NCBI RefSeq assembly: GCF_009834535.1
Contig: NC_045698.1
Location: forward strand, 5,396,001 to 5,460,000
From: Camelus ferus
Taxonomy: Eukaryota
Direction of reading: 5' to 3'
DNA length: 64,000 nt
Both the position numbers and the translations under genes were made by a program. Shown piece by piece: positions 40,501 to 52,205 of the stretch; the first letter of the stretch is position 1; every line of letters starts with the position of its first letter. Under the pieces are notes generated by a model. It did not search any database and was not told the DNA's origin. It saw nothing but the letters and a program-made list of their open reading frames with translations.

Positions 40501-42344
40501 TGAAGACTGAGGACCCTGCAGTCAGACTGCCGGGCAGCAAAGCCTGGTTGCACCACTTACACAAGGTATTACCCTCTGTGTGTTTCCCACTCCCATCTGC
40601 GTAATGAGGATAAAGACACACACGCCTTCATGGGCGTCACTGTGAGGATTAAGTACATGCATACACACACTGTTCTTATTAATTGTTCTGAAATTTCCAG
40701 CAGCCAACACAAGTGCAATGTTTTTGTGTTCATAAGGTGCGATCAGATCACTCATTCCTTAGTATGTTTGGAAACCAGGTGAAGTCAAGTTGAAGTCAGA
40801 TGCTCCACTGGGCACCTGACCCATGCTCTAGCAAATAGGCCCTCGAGACCATAGGGACGGGTCTGTAGTGAGCAGTGTGCTGGGTGACTTCCTCACGGAA
40901 GATGGTTTAGCACATTGAATGGGGAGGGATATTTGCTGGAATGTCCCGTAATGCATATTTTAGTCAAATACATTCTCTGGTAGAGTGAGATCAGGTGGAG
41001 AACACTGTGTCCAGCTTATTCCAAGTTGACTGTAGAGCAATCCATGGATGACCCAGGAATCAGGCCATTTTTCATAAACATTACTTCATGCCTCTGAGTT
41101 TTGGTAAACACCGGGAAGCTGTGCATTCCAGTCCTGTTCTCCAAAAGGTGCCTGAAACGCGGGTGTTCTGAGCGCCGAGGGGAGAGCTGACCTTCATGGT
41201 GACAGTCAGCTCACCGGATCGGGCTGACTTCCTTCGGAGGGCTGTGAGGTCCGAGCCATTCTCCCGGGAGCCCCAGGCAGAAGAACCGAGTGCTCCGTAG
41301 ACAGCGGTTCTAAACCTTCAGAATCAGACAAACACCAACATAGTAGGTCCTCCGTGAACGTTTGCTGGATGGAGTGGGGGCAGAGAGGGAGGAGAGGAGA
41401 GGCCAGGAGAGGGGCCTGTGGGCATTTCCCCTCAGTTGTTACCAGTCACTTGGGTTATCAAATAACCTCAGTAAACATGCATTGACTTTAAAAAGCTGTG
41501 TTCCTTGCATGTTGAGCTTCCAAAACAAACAGCTTGTAAAATGTGTTCCAGGAAACTGAATTAGTGGTCTCACTGTGTAGCTGGAAGTCAGTTAAATATT
41601 TGGAAACGGGAGAAATTATTTGGATCACGGGAGAAAAAGCTGATTCTGATACTGTCACCAAACATCTCTCAAAAGCTCAGTTATGAAGCCTTTTTGAGCT
41701 GAATTTGAACTGGGCTCTTCTGGAGACTGAGCAAGACTGTCCCTAGGTTTCCTAAGCCCAAGTGAGTCACTGACGCTGGATTTAAACCCCGTTCCCAGAG
41801 CTCAGCCTCTCACGTACCACTGAGGTCACGTGACACCTGCCAGTTAAGCCTGCCGCGTGGGAACAGGTTGGGCAGCCGTTTATCAGGGAGTGAAGTTTGC
41901 TCACTGCACCTTGGTTCCATATAAAAAGCAAACCGTTTCTCCCGCGGCCCATCTGCCCTCCTCGCCGGGACAGTTGTCATTCTTACCGCCTGTTGATTTA
42001 ACAGTTCGTGCTTCCCATTAAGGTGCGATGTATTCTAACAAGCTGCATAAACCTCCAAACGTGTCTCTCCCCTAAGCCGTGAGGTGGGAAATATTAGCAA
42101 GCTCTGATGGAAAGCATAACTCTTCTAAGAAGTGACTCCTTGCCCGCCCACCGAAGGTGGCCGACCGTCTGCTTCGCACTTAGAATTGTCTAAATGCTGT
42201 GGTTCTTCTCCCATGACATTTAAGTTGTGGGTTTACGGCGACAGCAGTATTTGGTTTGTCTTTTTTCTAGAATGACGCGTTTCACCTGAGGGTAGGAGGG
42301 GCTCTCTGAGTTTCTCTTCCCGTTCATACGTACACTGTTCAGTG

Positions 42345-42551
42345 CAGTGGTGCTCGGCTGGGAGCGGCTTTGTCCCCCAGGGGACATAGGGCCGTGTCCG
42401 GAGACAGTTCGGTTGTCGCACTGGAAGGGGAGGTGCTACTCGGCACCAGTGGGTGGCGGCCAGGGATGCTGCCCCACATCCTGTGGTGCACAGGACCCCC
42501 CCAGAGGAATAGCCCCCCAAACGTCTGCAGTGCCCAGGCTGAGAGACCTTG
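42345..42551 (+). mobile_element. MER20-like hAT MITE, near full length
   Basis: cagtggtgctc...cccccaggggacat...ggccagggatgctgc...tgcacaggac...gctgagagaccttg. Confidence 0.8.
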
Positions 42552-42733
42552 CCTTAGCGCTGCCGCTCCTCTCGGGCGTCATTGAAATGTTGTGTGGCTC
42601 CATGGGATAACCCTCCTGTGGCGGCCCTCATTCTCTCAGCAGTCACCTTGGTTTCTCCATCTCCTGTCATCCTTCTCACTCTGCTCCTGAAGCCCTCACA
42701 GTTGGTGTTTCTCTTCACCCTCCACAGAGAAGG

Positions 42734-42769
42734 CCCCCGCCCCCGCCCGCGCCCGCGCCCGCGCCCGCG
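42734..42769 (+). repeat. CpG-rich hexamer repeat (CCCCCG)2(CCCGCG)4
   Basis: Read directly from the sequence. Confidence 0.9.
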
Positions 42770-43445
42770 GTCACCAGGCGCCGCCTCTTCAGCGTCCCCG
42801 AGAGCTTTCTCCACCTCTGATTCAGCAACCCCGGGGCCCGATGAGCGTAGACACTCGGCCCAGAAGCCACGGCGCGAGACGCACAGCGTGTGTTCTATCC
42901 TCTCAAGTCCTCCCAGTGTCCTTTGCTGACACCCCGACCCCGCCCTGTGGAGAGCCTCCCCCAGGCCACCCCTCTCACACTCTGTTCCCTTTTCCTCCCT
43001 CGGGGCCCCCACCCACTGCAGTGGAATGGCTCCTCCGGGGCACCTGCTCCCCACGTGCGCCTCGCTCGGCTTTGACCTCCCCCCACAGCTGACGGTGCCC
43101 TCCCTGTTCCTCCTTCAGGACATGTAAATTCATACATTTTATAGATTATGCACACATACTGAGAAATAATCTATTTTTTAAAATACAACTAAAACTAGAA
43201 ATCTCAAAAGGATGAACTTCAGACTAAGTACAGAAATCACAGGTGTGCCAAATGAGTGGTAAATGCGAGTCAGCAACAGGAGTAATAAATACAAATTAAC
43301 AGTAAACAGAAATAGAAATTTTGGGCTTATCTTCGTTGGAAACCGTGGGCTTTCCTTCTCCTTCAGCTCTGTGTGTGTGATAACGCTCTGTTCCTCAAGG
43401 GGCGATACGCCACCCAGGAGCCAGTAAAGGCAGGGAATTGCCCCC

Positions 43446-43826
43446 GTGTTCATTTGCTCAGGCGCCCTAACAAAGTAACACAGGGTGAGCGGCTTAAATG
43501 ACACACATTTATCTTCTCCCAGCTCTGGGGACCGGAGGTCGGAGATCGGCGTGTGGGCAGAGCTGGTTTCTTCTGAGGCGTCTCTCCTGAGCCTGGAGAT
43601 GGCCACCTTCTCCCGTGTCTTCACACGGTCCCCTCTGCATGTGTCTCTGTCCTAATGTCCTCTTCTTCTAAGGACACCAGTCACCCAGGATTCGTCGTAC
43701 TGATGATCTAATTTAATCTTAATTCCCTCTTCAAAGACCCTGTCTTCAAGTACAGTCATATTCTGAGGTCCTGGGGGTGAGGGCTTCAATATATGAATTT
43801 GGGAGGGGGCACAATTCAGCCACATC
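43446..43826 (-). mobile_element. MLT1B-type MaLR solo LTR
   Basis: ggcttaaatgacacacattta...tctgaggcgtctctcc...taaggacaccagtca...cagtcatattctgaggtcctgggggtgagggcttcaa. Confidence 0.85.
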
Positions 43827-44213
43827 CCCTCCCCAAAGAAGCCAGAGGAAGGACTGGTGTTCCCAGAGCCAGGGAGCGCTGTCGCGGGTGAGGAGTGAGT
43901 CCCGGCCCTCTCTCCCCTCAGCCCTCACACTGGTCAGTCCAACAGGAACCCAGAGGGCCGCCTCCCCAAGGCGGGGCCCAGCGCAGCGGGCGCAGGGCAG
44001 GCAGCCAGCCCCTCCTCAGGGTGTCAACGGTGTGGGCCCTACTCGGCGTCTTCACGCTCCACGTCTCCCCAGGGCCAGCGAGATGCATCCAGGCTCCAGG
44101 CCGCCTGGAGGCTTCATTCTCACACAGCCTCCGACGGGAGCCTGTCTGGGACGGGAGGGGGCGCCCCCCGGCCTGCTGAGTCCTAACCCCGTGGGCTGTC
44201 TGCTTTCTTGCAG

Positions 44214-44328
44214 GAGCCGGAGAGGCAGTACGTGCACATCGGCACCATGGTGGAGTTCGCCTTTGCCCTGGTGGCCAAACTGGACGCCATCAACAAGCAC
44301 TCCTTCAACGACTTCAAGTTGCGAGTGG
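44214..44328 (+). CDS. ADCY2: Adenylate cyclase 2, coding exon (~exon 23)
   Basis: Boundaries ttgcag|GAG ... GTG G|gtatgt, 115 nt. Translates EPERQYVHIGTMVEFAFALVAKLDAINKHSFNDFKLRV(G). Confidence 0.97.
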
Positions 44329-44742
44329 GTATGTCTTGCGGGTCTGGGGGCCGCTGTCGGGAAGGAACAAATTCACGGGAACGCTGATGATCCTTGCGGT
44401 GTGGGAGCTGCACAGGCACAGATGTGTCATTACAGGGGCAGGACTGGAGGGCGGTGCAAGGGCCCAGGGCAGCTAGGAGCCCCGGAGGCACTTCTGTGCA
44501 AATTAGAAAAGAAATACCCCCTTTGGTTGCATCAGGCCGTGAGCATTTGGTTTCACAAGTGGCCCATGAGCTGCGTTTCAGTCCCTCCAACCAGGGTCCC
44601 TTCTGCAAGTCATGGGGGCCACAGCCTTCAGCCATCCCCAGGGGCTGAGGAAGCCACTGACTGTAAACTGCTCCACCGTTTATGAAACTAGAACCTGCTA
44701 TGAGCTGCAGGATGCATCCAGACTTCAGAGATGTCAAAATGC

Positions 44743-44859
44743 AAAGAAGAAAGGAGGGAGGGAAAGAAAAGAGAAGGAAGGAAGGAAGGGGAGAGAAGAA
44801 GGAAGGAAGGAAGAAGAGAGAGAGAAAGAAAGGAAAGAAAGAAAAGAAAAAGAAAAGGA

Positions 44860-44926
<67 letters not shown>

Positions 44927-44970
44927 GGGAAAGGAAAAAAAGGAAAGGAAGGAAGGAAGAAAGGAAGGAA
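44743..44970 (+). repeat. 228-nt pure polypurine tract including (GAAA)17 at 44858-44925
   Basis: No pyrimidine occurs on the + strand across the interval. Confidence 0.97.
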
Positions 44971-45136
44971 CAGATGCACCTTAGAAACTGTTGGGACAGT
45001 CACCCTGGGGTCACAGCCTACAAGAACACCAACTGTGTTCTAAAGTCTTAACATACCTAGAGGTTTTCACATTGAATATTCAAATTTGAGAGAAAAAGCC
45101 AACTTTCTTCCAAAAAAAAAAAAAAATTCAAACAGT

Positions 45137-45275
45137 GGGAGAGTATAGCTCAGTGGTAGAGCACGTGCTTAGCATGCACGAGGTCCTGGGTTCAATCCCC
45201 AGTCTTTCCATTTAAATAAATAAATAAATACCTCCCCCCCAAAATTAAATGAATAAAAAATAAATGAAGATGGTT
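45137..45275 (+). mobile_element. Vic-1-type camelid SINE
   Basis: tRNA-Ala(AGC)-like head at 45137-45210, then (AAAT)n, a C-run and an A-rich tail. Possible TSD aattcaaacagt / aattcaaataagt. Confidence 0.87.
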
Positions 45276-45385
45276 TTTAATTCAAATAAGTTCTTCCTTT
45301 ACTTTAAGTTGATTCTTGACCATGTTTCATGCCTCGACTTTTACAAATGTCTATCCAAAAACACAGTGTGTTTTAAACCCTCAGG

Positions 45386-45476
45386 TCTGCTTCTGACATC
45401 CCAAATAATGTATTCCAGCTGCTGGCCAGTGACCACAGCCCCTGCTGCCCTAGGCTTTTCCTCTGGCTGCTCAGAG
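45386..45476 (+). repeat. Left arm of a 91-bp inverted repeat
   Basis: 82/91 identical, without gaps, to the reverse complement of 46875-46965 (manual alignment). Confidence 0.95.
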
Positions 45477-46164
45477 GAAGTGACATTTGCACGGTCACTT
45501 ACAGGCACTCGTGATTTGTAAGAGCTTCTTTGACCATTTTATGCTGTTCTTGGCCACATATTTTGCTCCTTCTGAAAGCAAGTCCACATAAGAGTAGTTC
45601 TGTTAACAAATTCGATCTGAATGGCTTTTCACTTCTCTTGCATACAGATCTCAACTTTCAAAAAATCCCAATATGTAGAGCTGTGTTCTTCCTTAGCTGT
45701 GCGTATGTTCTGAATTTTTTTAAAACCCAGAAATAGCTTACATCTCTTGAGCGAGTGGGATTCTCTTCACTGCACGTATGTCCTATTGATTGTCAGCCTC
45801 TGAACACACTTTTACTTATGCCTCCTCACCTGTGTGCACAGCGGACCTTTCCCCGGGCTGCACGGCGTACAAAGGTGGGAAGGGCCAGGCGGGCAGGACA
45901 CCGCCCCGTTAGCCTGCTGTCCCCGTCAGGCACGGAGGTGTCCTTTCCACCCTGGAGCTTCTTATTTTAACAACTTGGAAAATGGGCTCCTTAAACTTTC
46001 ATAGTACCCTCCTTAAATAAAAAAAAAAAATCTATTGCATGGCAGAATCACCCTGCTCTTGTCACATATGTGTGGACCAAGATAACATTGGCCTTCATGG
46101 CAAGGGAGGGGGAACAGGACAATTCTTTGCTCGTCACATGTGTCTCATCAGAAGCACAGTGTTT

Positions 46165-46347
46165 GAGGGGAGGGTATAGCTCAAGCAGTAGAGTGCCTGC
46201 TTAGCAAGCATGAGGTCCCAAGTTCAGTCCCTAGTACCTCCTCTTAAATAAATAAGTGAATTTTAAAAAACCTAATTACCTTCCCCCACTCCCCCTCAAA
46301 AAAGACGCAAAAAAGATATAACAATTTAAAAAAAAATTTTTTAAAAA
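46165..46347 (+). mobile_element. Vic-1-type camelid SINE
   Basis: ggtatagctcaagcagtagag...gttcagtccctagtacctcc...cctaattaccttccccc tail. Possible decayed TSD gaagcacagtgtt / ggagtgtagtgtt. Confidence 0.82.
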
Positions 46348-46874
46348 GGAGTGTAGTGTTCTTGGCCTGGACCATAACAATATTTTCCAAAGTAACATGA
46401 GGAATTCAGTGAACTTCCTTCAGTTTTTGTTTGTTTTTTTTTTTAACTGGGTGCTAACTTTACACTGATTATTGTGTAACTGTTAATATCTACCACTCAC
46501 CCCACAAACCAGCTCTGTTAGATTTCTGAGGAATCCTGAGTTCAGGGTCCCCGTGGGCTTTGAGCCTGCCTTTCCCCAAACCCTCAGCCTCTCCCGGGGG
46601 CAGCATCCCTGCTCCACCTCCGTGCACAGCGCCATCCAGTGTCAGTCCGTAGTAGGAACTGAGAAGAGTAACAGGGGCCCCTGCAAAACCATGATACAAA
46701 TAGCTAGAGCCGAATTCACTCCTAATGTCCTTTTCTGCATGTCAAGATGCAGACTCAGTCAGTTAGGGGGAACCACAAATCAAGCACACTCCTGCACTTA
46801 AGTAGAGATCACTGCTTGCCAGCAATATCGTCCCAGGCTCTCTCCCCCAGTCCCAAGCCGCTGACCGAGCGGGA

Positions 46875-46965
46875 CTCAGAGCAGCCACCGGGAAAGCCTA
46901 GGGCAGCAGGGGCCGCGGTCACTGGCCAGCAGCTGGAATACATTATTCTGGATGTGAGAAGCAGA
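46875..46965 (-). repeat. Right arm of the 91-bp inverted repeat
   Basis: Reverse complement aligns to 45386-45476. Confidence 0.95.
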
Positions 46966-47335
46966 GATGGCAGATGTATTGAGTGCGCCACAAAAGCAAA
47001 GGTGAACCGCTTTCTCCCGCCCTGGGTACCTTCAGGGATTTTGTGGAACAGTGTTGGGACTATGTCTCCTGCCTCCCTTTCCATCACAAAGAGGAAGCTT
47101 TGCCTCCTATCTGTAACAGTGGGGAGTGATGCTAACAGATTGTACCCCAGGGCTGCTGGGAGAATTAGAAGTAAAGCCCCTGGAAGAATGCGTGGCAAGT
47201 AGACAGGGCAGCACTGGTGCCAACAGGGCCAATTCCAGCGAAATGTTGGAGAGAGTCCAGAAGTCCAGCCGTGGCAGGATGGCCAATAAATGTAGAGAGT
47301 GTACTCCGTGTAGCCGTTTACATTAACACCTGGGA

Positions 47336-47480
47336 GGGGAGGGGAGAGCTCAGTGGTGCTCACGCACTCAGCATGCAGGAGGTCCTGGGTTCAGTCCCCA
47401 GTACCTCCATTAAAAAAATTTAAATAAATACATAAATAAACCTAATTACCTCCCCCCAAAAGATTAAATTAAATTAAAAT
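47336..47480 (+). mobile_element. Vic-1-type camelid SINE
   Basis: agctcagtggt...ggtcctgggttcagtccccagtacctccattaa...aaataaacctaattacctcccccc. Confidence 0.82.
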
Positions 47481-47872
47481 ATGTGCATTTCAATATCAAT
47501 TAACTGCAATATTGGAAAAGAATACAGTGATCATCTCTTGTCTGAGATTATGTGGCAACATAGAAAAAAATGTATTATAACGTTCATTTTTAAAGTATAC
47601 CAATTTTATTCTCTTATGGAATAATGATAAATAGTCATAGAAGCATGAATCAAGGTGGAAAAGGGAAAAAAAGACATATTTTCATGTTTTTGAGATGATG
47701 ATAAAGTTAGAGGAATTATTTTTCCTTGTTTCAGAGTTCCGCGAGCTGAGCTAACGTGTGCTTGGTAATAATGGTTCAGGAATGGTCTCATAAAACTATC
47801 CTGTTTGAGATAGTTGCTCAAACTGTTAAATTCATGATCTGCACTTGTCCACCTGGCTCTGCTGTGTCACAG

Positions 47873-47997
47873 GTATTAACCATGGACCTGTAATAGCTGG
47901 TGTCATTGGCGCTCAGAAGCCGCAATATGACATCTGGGGCAACACCGTAAACGTGGCCAGCAGGATGGACAGCACCGGCGTCCTGGACAAAATACAG
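47873..47997 (+). CDS. ADCY2: Adenylate cyclase 2, coding exon (~exon 24; catalytic signature)
   Basis: Boundaries tcacag|GT ATT ... ATA CAG|gtaatt, 125 nt. Translates (G)[41 protein letters not shown], containing the class III cyclase motif [14 protein letters not shown]. Confidence 0.98.
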
Positions 47998-50900
47998 GTA
48001 ATTCCGTCCGCTCAGTCATCATCGGCCATGTCTGTGCTCTTGGGAACCAGGATTAAGTATACAGTGAGGATAACGATTTATTATAACAAAGGAAAGAAAG
48101 TAGACCTTGAAATTGACTTTAACGTTGTATTGGGGAAAATATTAATTAGTTTCCGCATTAACTGTTAACAAGAAACATTGTGTAATAGTATGAAGGTTAT
48201 TGCATTTGTGACAGTAAATGGTCACGTGACTTGCGAGGCAGCCTGCGGGGGGGTGTGGTGCTGAAGCCCTTCTGTCCTCTTCCTTCTCCCAGCCCCAGCC
48301 CCTTGGTGTAACCAGAGCCAGGCGTGACCTGCCTTCCTCTCTCCCGGGGTGGGGGCTGGAGCAGGAGGGTGAGTAGAGGGACCAGCCGGGGGAGGGAGAG
48401 ACAAAATGGAGTGATGTGAATGGTGCAACTAGATCGGACTAGCACAGGGTTTGTATATCCAGAAAGCTCTGGAATCCACCCAAGGGAGAGAAAGCCAAGA
48501 TCTGACAAATTAAATCAGCAGTGACGGCATACACCTGCTTGGGGGCACGGTGCCAGTCACCTAGGACAAGACCCTCACTCTCCAAATGAGAAGGATGTAT
48601 TTGTGCGTGTATGTGTGTGTGTGTGTCTGTCTACGCTGAACTTCCTATTTGCCTCGCCTTCAAAAATGACTGGTTCCACATTTCACCCCAGCTATGCTGA
48701 ATTCTGGAAGATAAATTCCTGCCAAGTGGCAAATTTGTAAGAAAATCACTGGACACAGGTAATAGGCTCTCAGTTTCTTGTCCTCTTCAGAGAACTTGAG
48801 TCCCTGTCCTGGGCCTCAGCTTGGCCGGTTGTCCTCAGATAACCTTGCCTCCTGAAATTACGCGGACGCCAGAGCCAACTGTTAGCTTCCGCGGAACCGG
48901 TCAGTCTCAGTGCCACCGCGAATGGGCTCTTCGTTAAGCCTCTGCTTAACCCGCTTGCTCTTCACGGGGCTCCGTTCATCCCTCCAAGAGGATTCTCTCT
49001 CTGACCTTCTTGCCTTGTTTTAATTCTCTATGGAAGGTGACCAATGTGACTTCCGGGTGTTCGCCTTCCAGCCGGAGTATTAGTCAACAGCTGCTGAAAA
49101 GTCAGCAACCGCCCAACAAAGAGAAGGGAGAGAGAGAAGGAGGAGTCACGGGGGGAGGAGGAGAAGTGCCCTGGCTGGGAAGGCACCGCCAAGAAACAGA
49201 GAGCTAACTCTGTGCACCCCAGACCAAGCTCTCCGCGGAAACGGGGCTCCTCTGAGGGGGCTTTCTGCACGGACACCCCCGGCCCTCCTGGGACCCAGGG
49301 ACGCTCCAGCAACCTCGGCCCACCCGGGCCTGACATTTGGTGGGGAGAGTGGCTGCTCCCACTGAGAACACACCCTCCCACCTGCGGGCCAGCCTGGGCC
49401 CCCGCCACACACCGGGAGCGTTCAGAAGACGGATGAACGTTCGCACCTGCTTCACAACCTCCAGGCAGTTGTCCAGCACTTGGGATTCGTACCCACAGCG
49501 ATTGAAGAGAGGCTGGCCGGGGGAGCGCTCCCTCCTGGAGATCGTAAACCTGCGACAGGTCAATGTTGAAGCTGAGCTGGAGCCCAGTGCATCCCTAAGG
49601 GGATACTGGGCGTCACACGGCTCCGTGTGATTTAGTGCGGTGAGTGCGGCCACCGGACCGTCTCGGTGCGCTCCGAGCCCCCGGTGGACAGACAGCTTTT
49701 TACTGGTCCAGGGCGAGGGGTGCCGCAGGCCTGTGCTCACTCAGCTCAGAGCCAGAGGGCCTGCATCCGGGTCGGTTTTTTCCCTCCTGAGGGTGTAGCT
49801 CCCTCTCGCTCCAGTAGCCTCTCATGTCTATTTACGTGCAAAAAAAAGGGGGTGAGATGCCAGGAGAAATAAAAAACGATGCTGAGGATATTAAAAGTGT
49901 CTCCTGAGCCTGTGGAACAGTGTCTTTTTATTAGAGAACGTTACACTCCCACCAGGCTTTCTGTGCCCAAAATACAGCCTAGAAAGCCCCTCGCCACCCT
50001 GCCAGGCCCCCCCGGACTTGGAGGAATGATCACTGGTGATTAGCGGGGAGGTGGCTCCCGCCTCCCCGCGTCATGGTAACTCTGTGGTCAGAGCTACCAG
50101 TTCCAATGGCTCCAAAATGCCAAGGGCCGTGCTCCGCACCCACCTCACTGCAGAATTAACCTCCAGACACTGTGAGTGCTCCGCCTGGAAGGCCGGGAGG
50201 CAACTGCCTGTAGACGTCTCTAGCTCTGATTGCCGCCTAAGAGCTCTAACCTCGAGAACGTGTTTGTCTTCCAAGTTTCTTGACTCTCCATGTTTTTTCA
50301 GCTCTTACCTAAGGTTCCCGAGCCACCTGTCCTCCCCCGGGACCTGCGCCCAGCCAGGGAAGGGCAGGACGTGAGCACCTGGCATCTGTGTCCCCCGTTT
50401 CCTTCCTGCTCAGAAAGACCCACGCTTGGGCCCCCTTGCTAGGGTCTAGCCGCTGGGTCACACTGCGGAAGACGTAGATTTTTCTAGCTCTTTCCCCGAG
50501 CCTGCCCTTGAGATCCTCACAGCGCACACTTCAGCCTTCCTTCCGGGGGCCCCGGGATGCTGTCCTGGGTTCTGGTAAGCCCAGCCCTGCTCTGACTTGG
50601 ATGTGCTTGGGCCTCTGCCCCGTGACAGTGTCTGTCCTCCGGACCTCTCTCAGCCTCCGAGGGGCTGGCTCACCGCTGCTGCCGCTATCCCACCACTGCC
50701 TGGCCCCCGAGAGTGTCCACACCAAAACCAAAATCGTGGCGTAGCCTGCCCAGCGCATGTGTGTCACCCGCGTGTCCAAGGTGGCCGGGCCCCACGGGTG
50801 CCATGTCTGTTTCCTCTGATGAAGTGGGAGGAAGTCTCTCCCCTCTCTGCTTTTTCACATGCTTCCAAAGCAGCATTACCAGGATTTCTGGGAAACAGCT

Positions 50901-52052
50901 CCGTCCTTCTCTGCTCAAGACCCGGACACCTCCTGGAAGGCCTGGAAAGGAACCACGTTCCCACAGGTGGACCCTCTCCTCCGAAGCTGAGGTCTTATTC
51001 GTAGCCGAGTCTGTACACCGCGTGTGTTCTCTGCTTAGATGATGTCTTTTTTGGGAGGCTCCTGTGACACGCAGACAGACAGACCCCAGGCAGGCCTGCT
51101 CTTGGTCCCCAGACGTGGTCTCCCAAGGAGAACACAGCGCATGCCCAAGCTGAAGGCAGTGAAAGGGTGGGGACCACCCATCCCCCCACCCCCGGGAGAG
51201 GAGTCGTCCCCCAGCAAGGCTCACTGCCCACCGACCCAGCGGGACCGGGACGTCACGCAGCAGCGCGGTCCTTGCCTCGTGGCGCAGGGGCAGGGGATCA
51301 GGAGTCTCGTCACACTGACAGGCTGCACGGGAGGGACTCTGCTTTCGGCGTCCCAGCATCCTGAGTCAGTCCAGTGAGATGAGGGAACTTTCCAGACCTG
51401 ACACAGCATCCCGCCCACACTAAGGCTGATGCAAAGTCCCAGCATTCTTCCAGTTTTAGCTCATTTCATTCAAGTACGTTAAGCCCGAAACACGTGGCTG
51501 TGTGCAGAGTTGATGGTGCTGTCTCTCGTGTGTTTCATCTGTATTAAAATCCATTATGAATATTTATTATTTCACGAAATGATGTTCATAACAATTTGTG
51601 AGCATCATCCAAAACCCCACCGCTTTAACATAGTTTGATTTACTCTTTTTATTCCAGGTCTCTTATGTGTAAGTGCATCATCTTCACGTGGTTAAAATCA
51701 TAGCTTGGTGGACCCTGGCTTAGTTCTTTTGGGGGGTGAAATAATTCGATACAATTTCAGCATCAGATCTGGGACATTGATCATGATAGCATCGTAGTTC
51801 ACTTGGCCTGGAGATGACTGGGGGGTTGGCTGCTCCCAGCCTTTCTCTTTCACAGCACTGAGTTAAACATCGCCTCAGAAAGCTTTCCTTCTCCTCGACT
51901 GTTACCTCTTCTCCTAATTTCTCAGGAGTAGAATGAACGGGTCAAAGAACGCGAACACTTCGGGGCTCCTTGTCCTTGTGGTCAGACGACCTTGGGAAGG
52001 GTCGTGACCACACCGGCACTGAGCACGTCTTCGTTTGTCCCTGCGCCTCTAG

Positions 52053-52205
52053 GTCACCGAGGAGACCAGCCTCGTCCTGCAGACCCTGGGGTACACGTGC
52101 ACGTGCCGAGGAATCATCAACGTGAAAGGAAAGGGGGAGCTGAAGACGTACTTTGTGAACACAGAGATGTCAAGGTCCCTTTCCCAGAGCAACCTGGCAT
52201 CCTGA
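52053..52205 (+). CDS. ADCY2: Adenylate cyclase 2, terminal coding exon (~exon 25)
   Basis: Boundaries ctctag|GTC ... GCA TCC TGA, 153 nt. Translates VTEETSLVLQTLGYTCTCRGIINVKGKGELKTYFVNTEMSRSLSQSNLAS*, with the VKGKG motif. Confidence 0.98.
   Translation, partial: VTEETSLVLQTLGYTCTCRGIINVKGKGELKTYFVNTEMSRSLSQSNLAS

Noticed and set aside
43777..44685. Longest ORF in the track (302 aa)
   Set aside because: It starts inside an MLT1 LTR, crosses ADCY2 exon 23 out of frame, and is a low-complexity GC-rich translation with no recognisable domain.
44612..45051. K/E/R-rich and F/L/S-rich ORFs
   Set aside because: These are translations of the stop-free polypurine microsatellite.
45137..45210. Apparent tRNA-Ala(AGC) gene, and similar heads at 17011, 17919, 46165 and 47336
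   Set aside because: The acceptor stem pairs poorly (two mismatches plus two G.U pairs), and each head is followed by the shared SINE tail, some with TSDs. These are SINEs, not tRNA genes.
45264..47363. Two ORFs (45264-45521 + and 46809-47363 -) sharing a ~30-aa peptide, suggesting paralogous genes
   Set aside because: The shared peptide is just the 91-bp inverted repeat. There is no similarity outside it and no gene structure.
32231..52205. Possible altered or pseudogenised cyclase
   Set aside because: All eight exons splice in frame, and the [20 protein letters not shown] and VKGKG motifs are intact. Differences from recalled human ADCY2 are few and mostly conservative.
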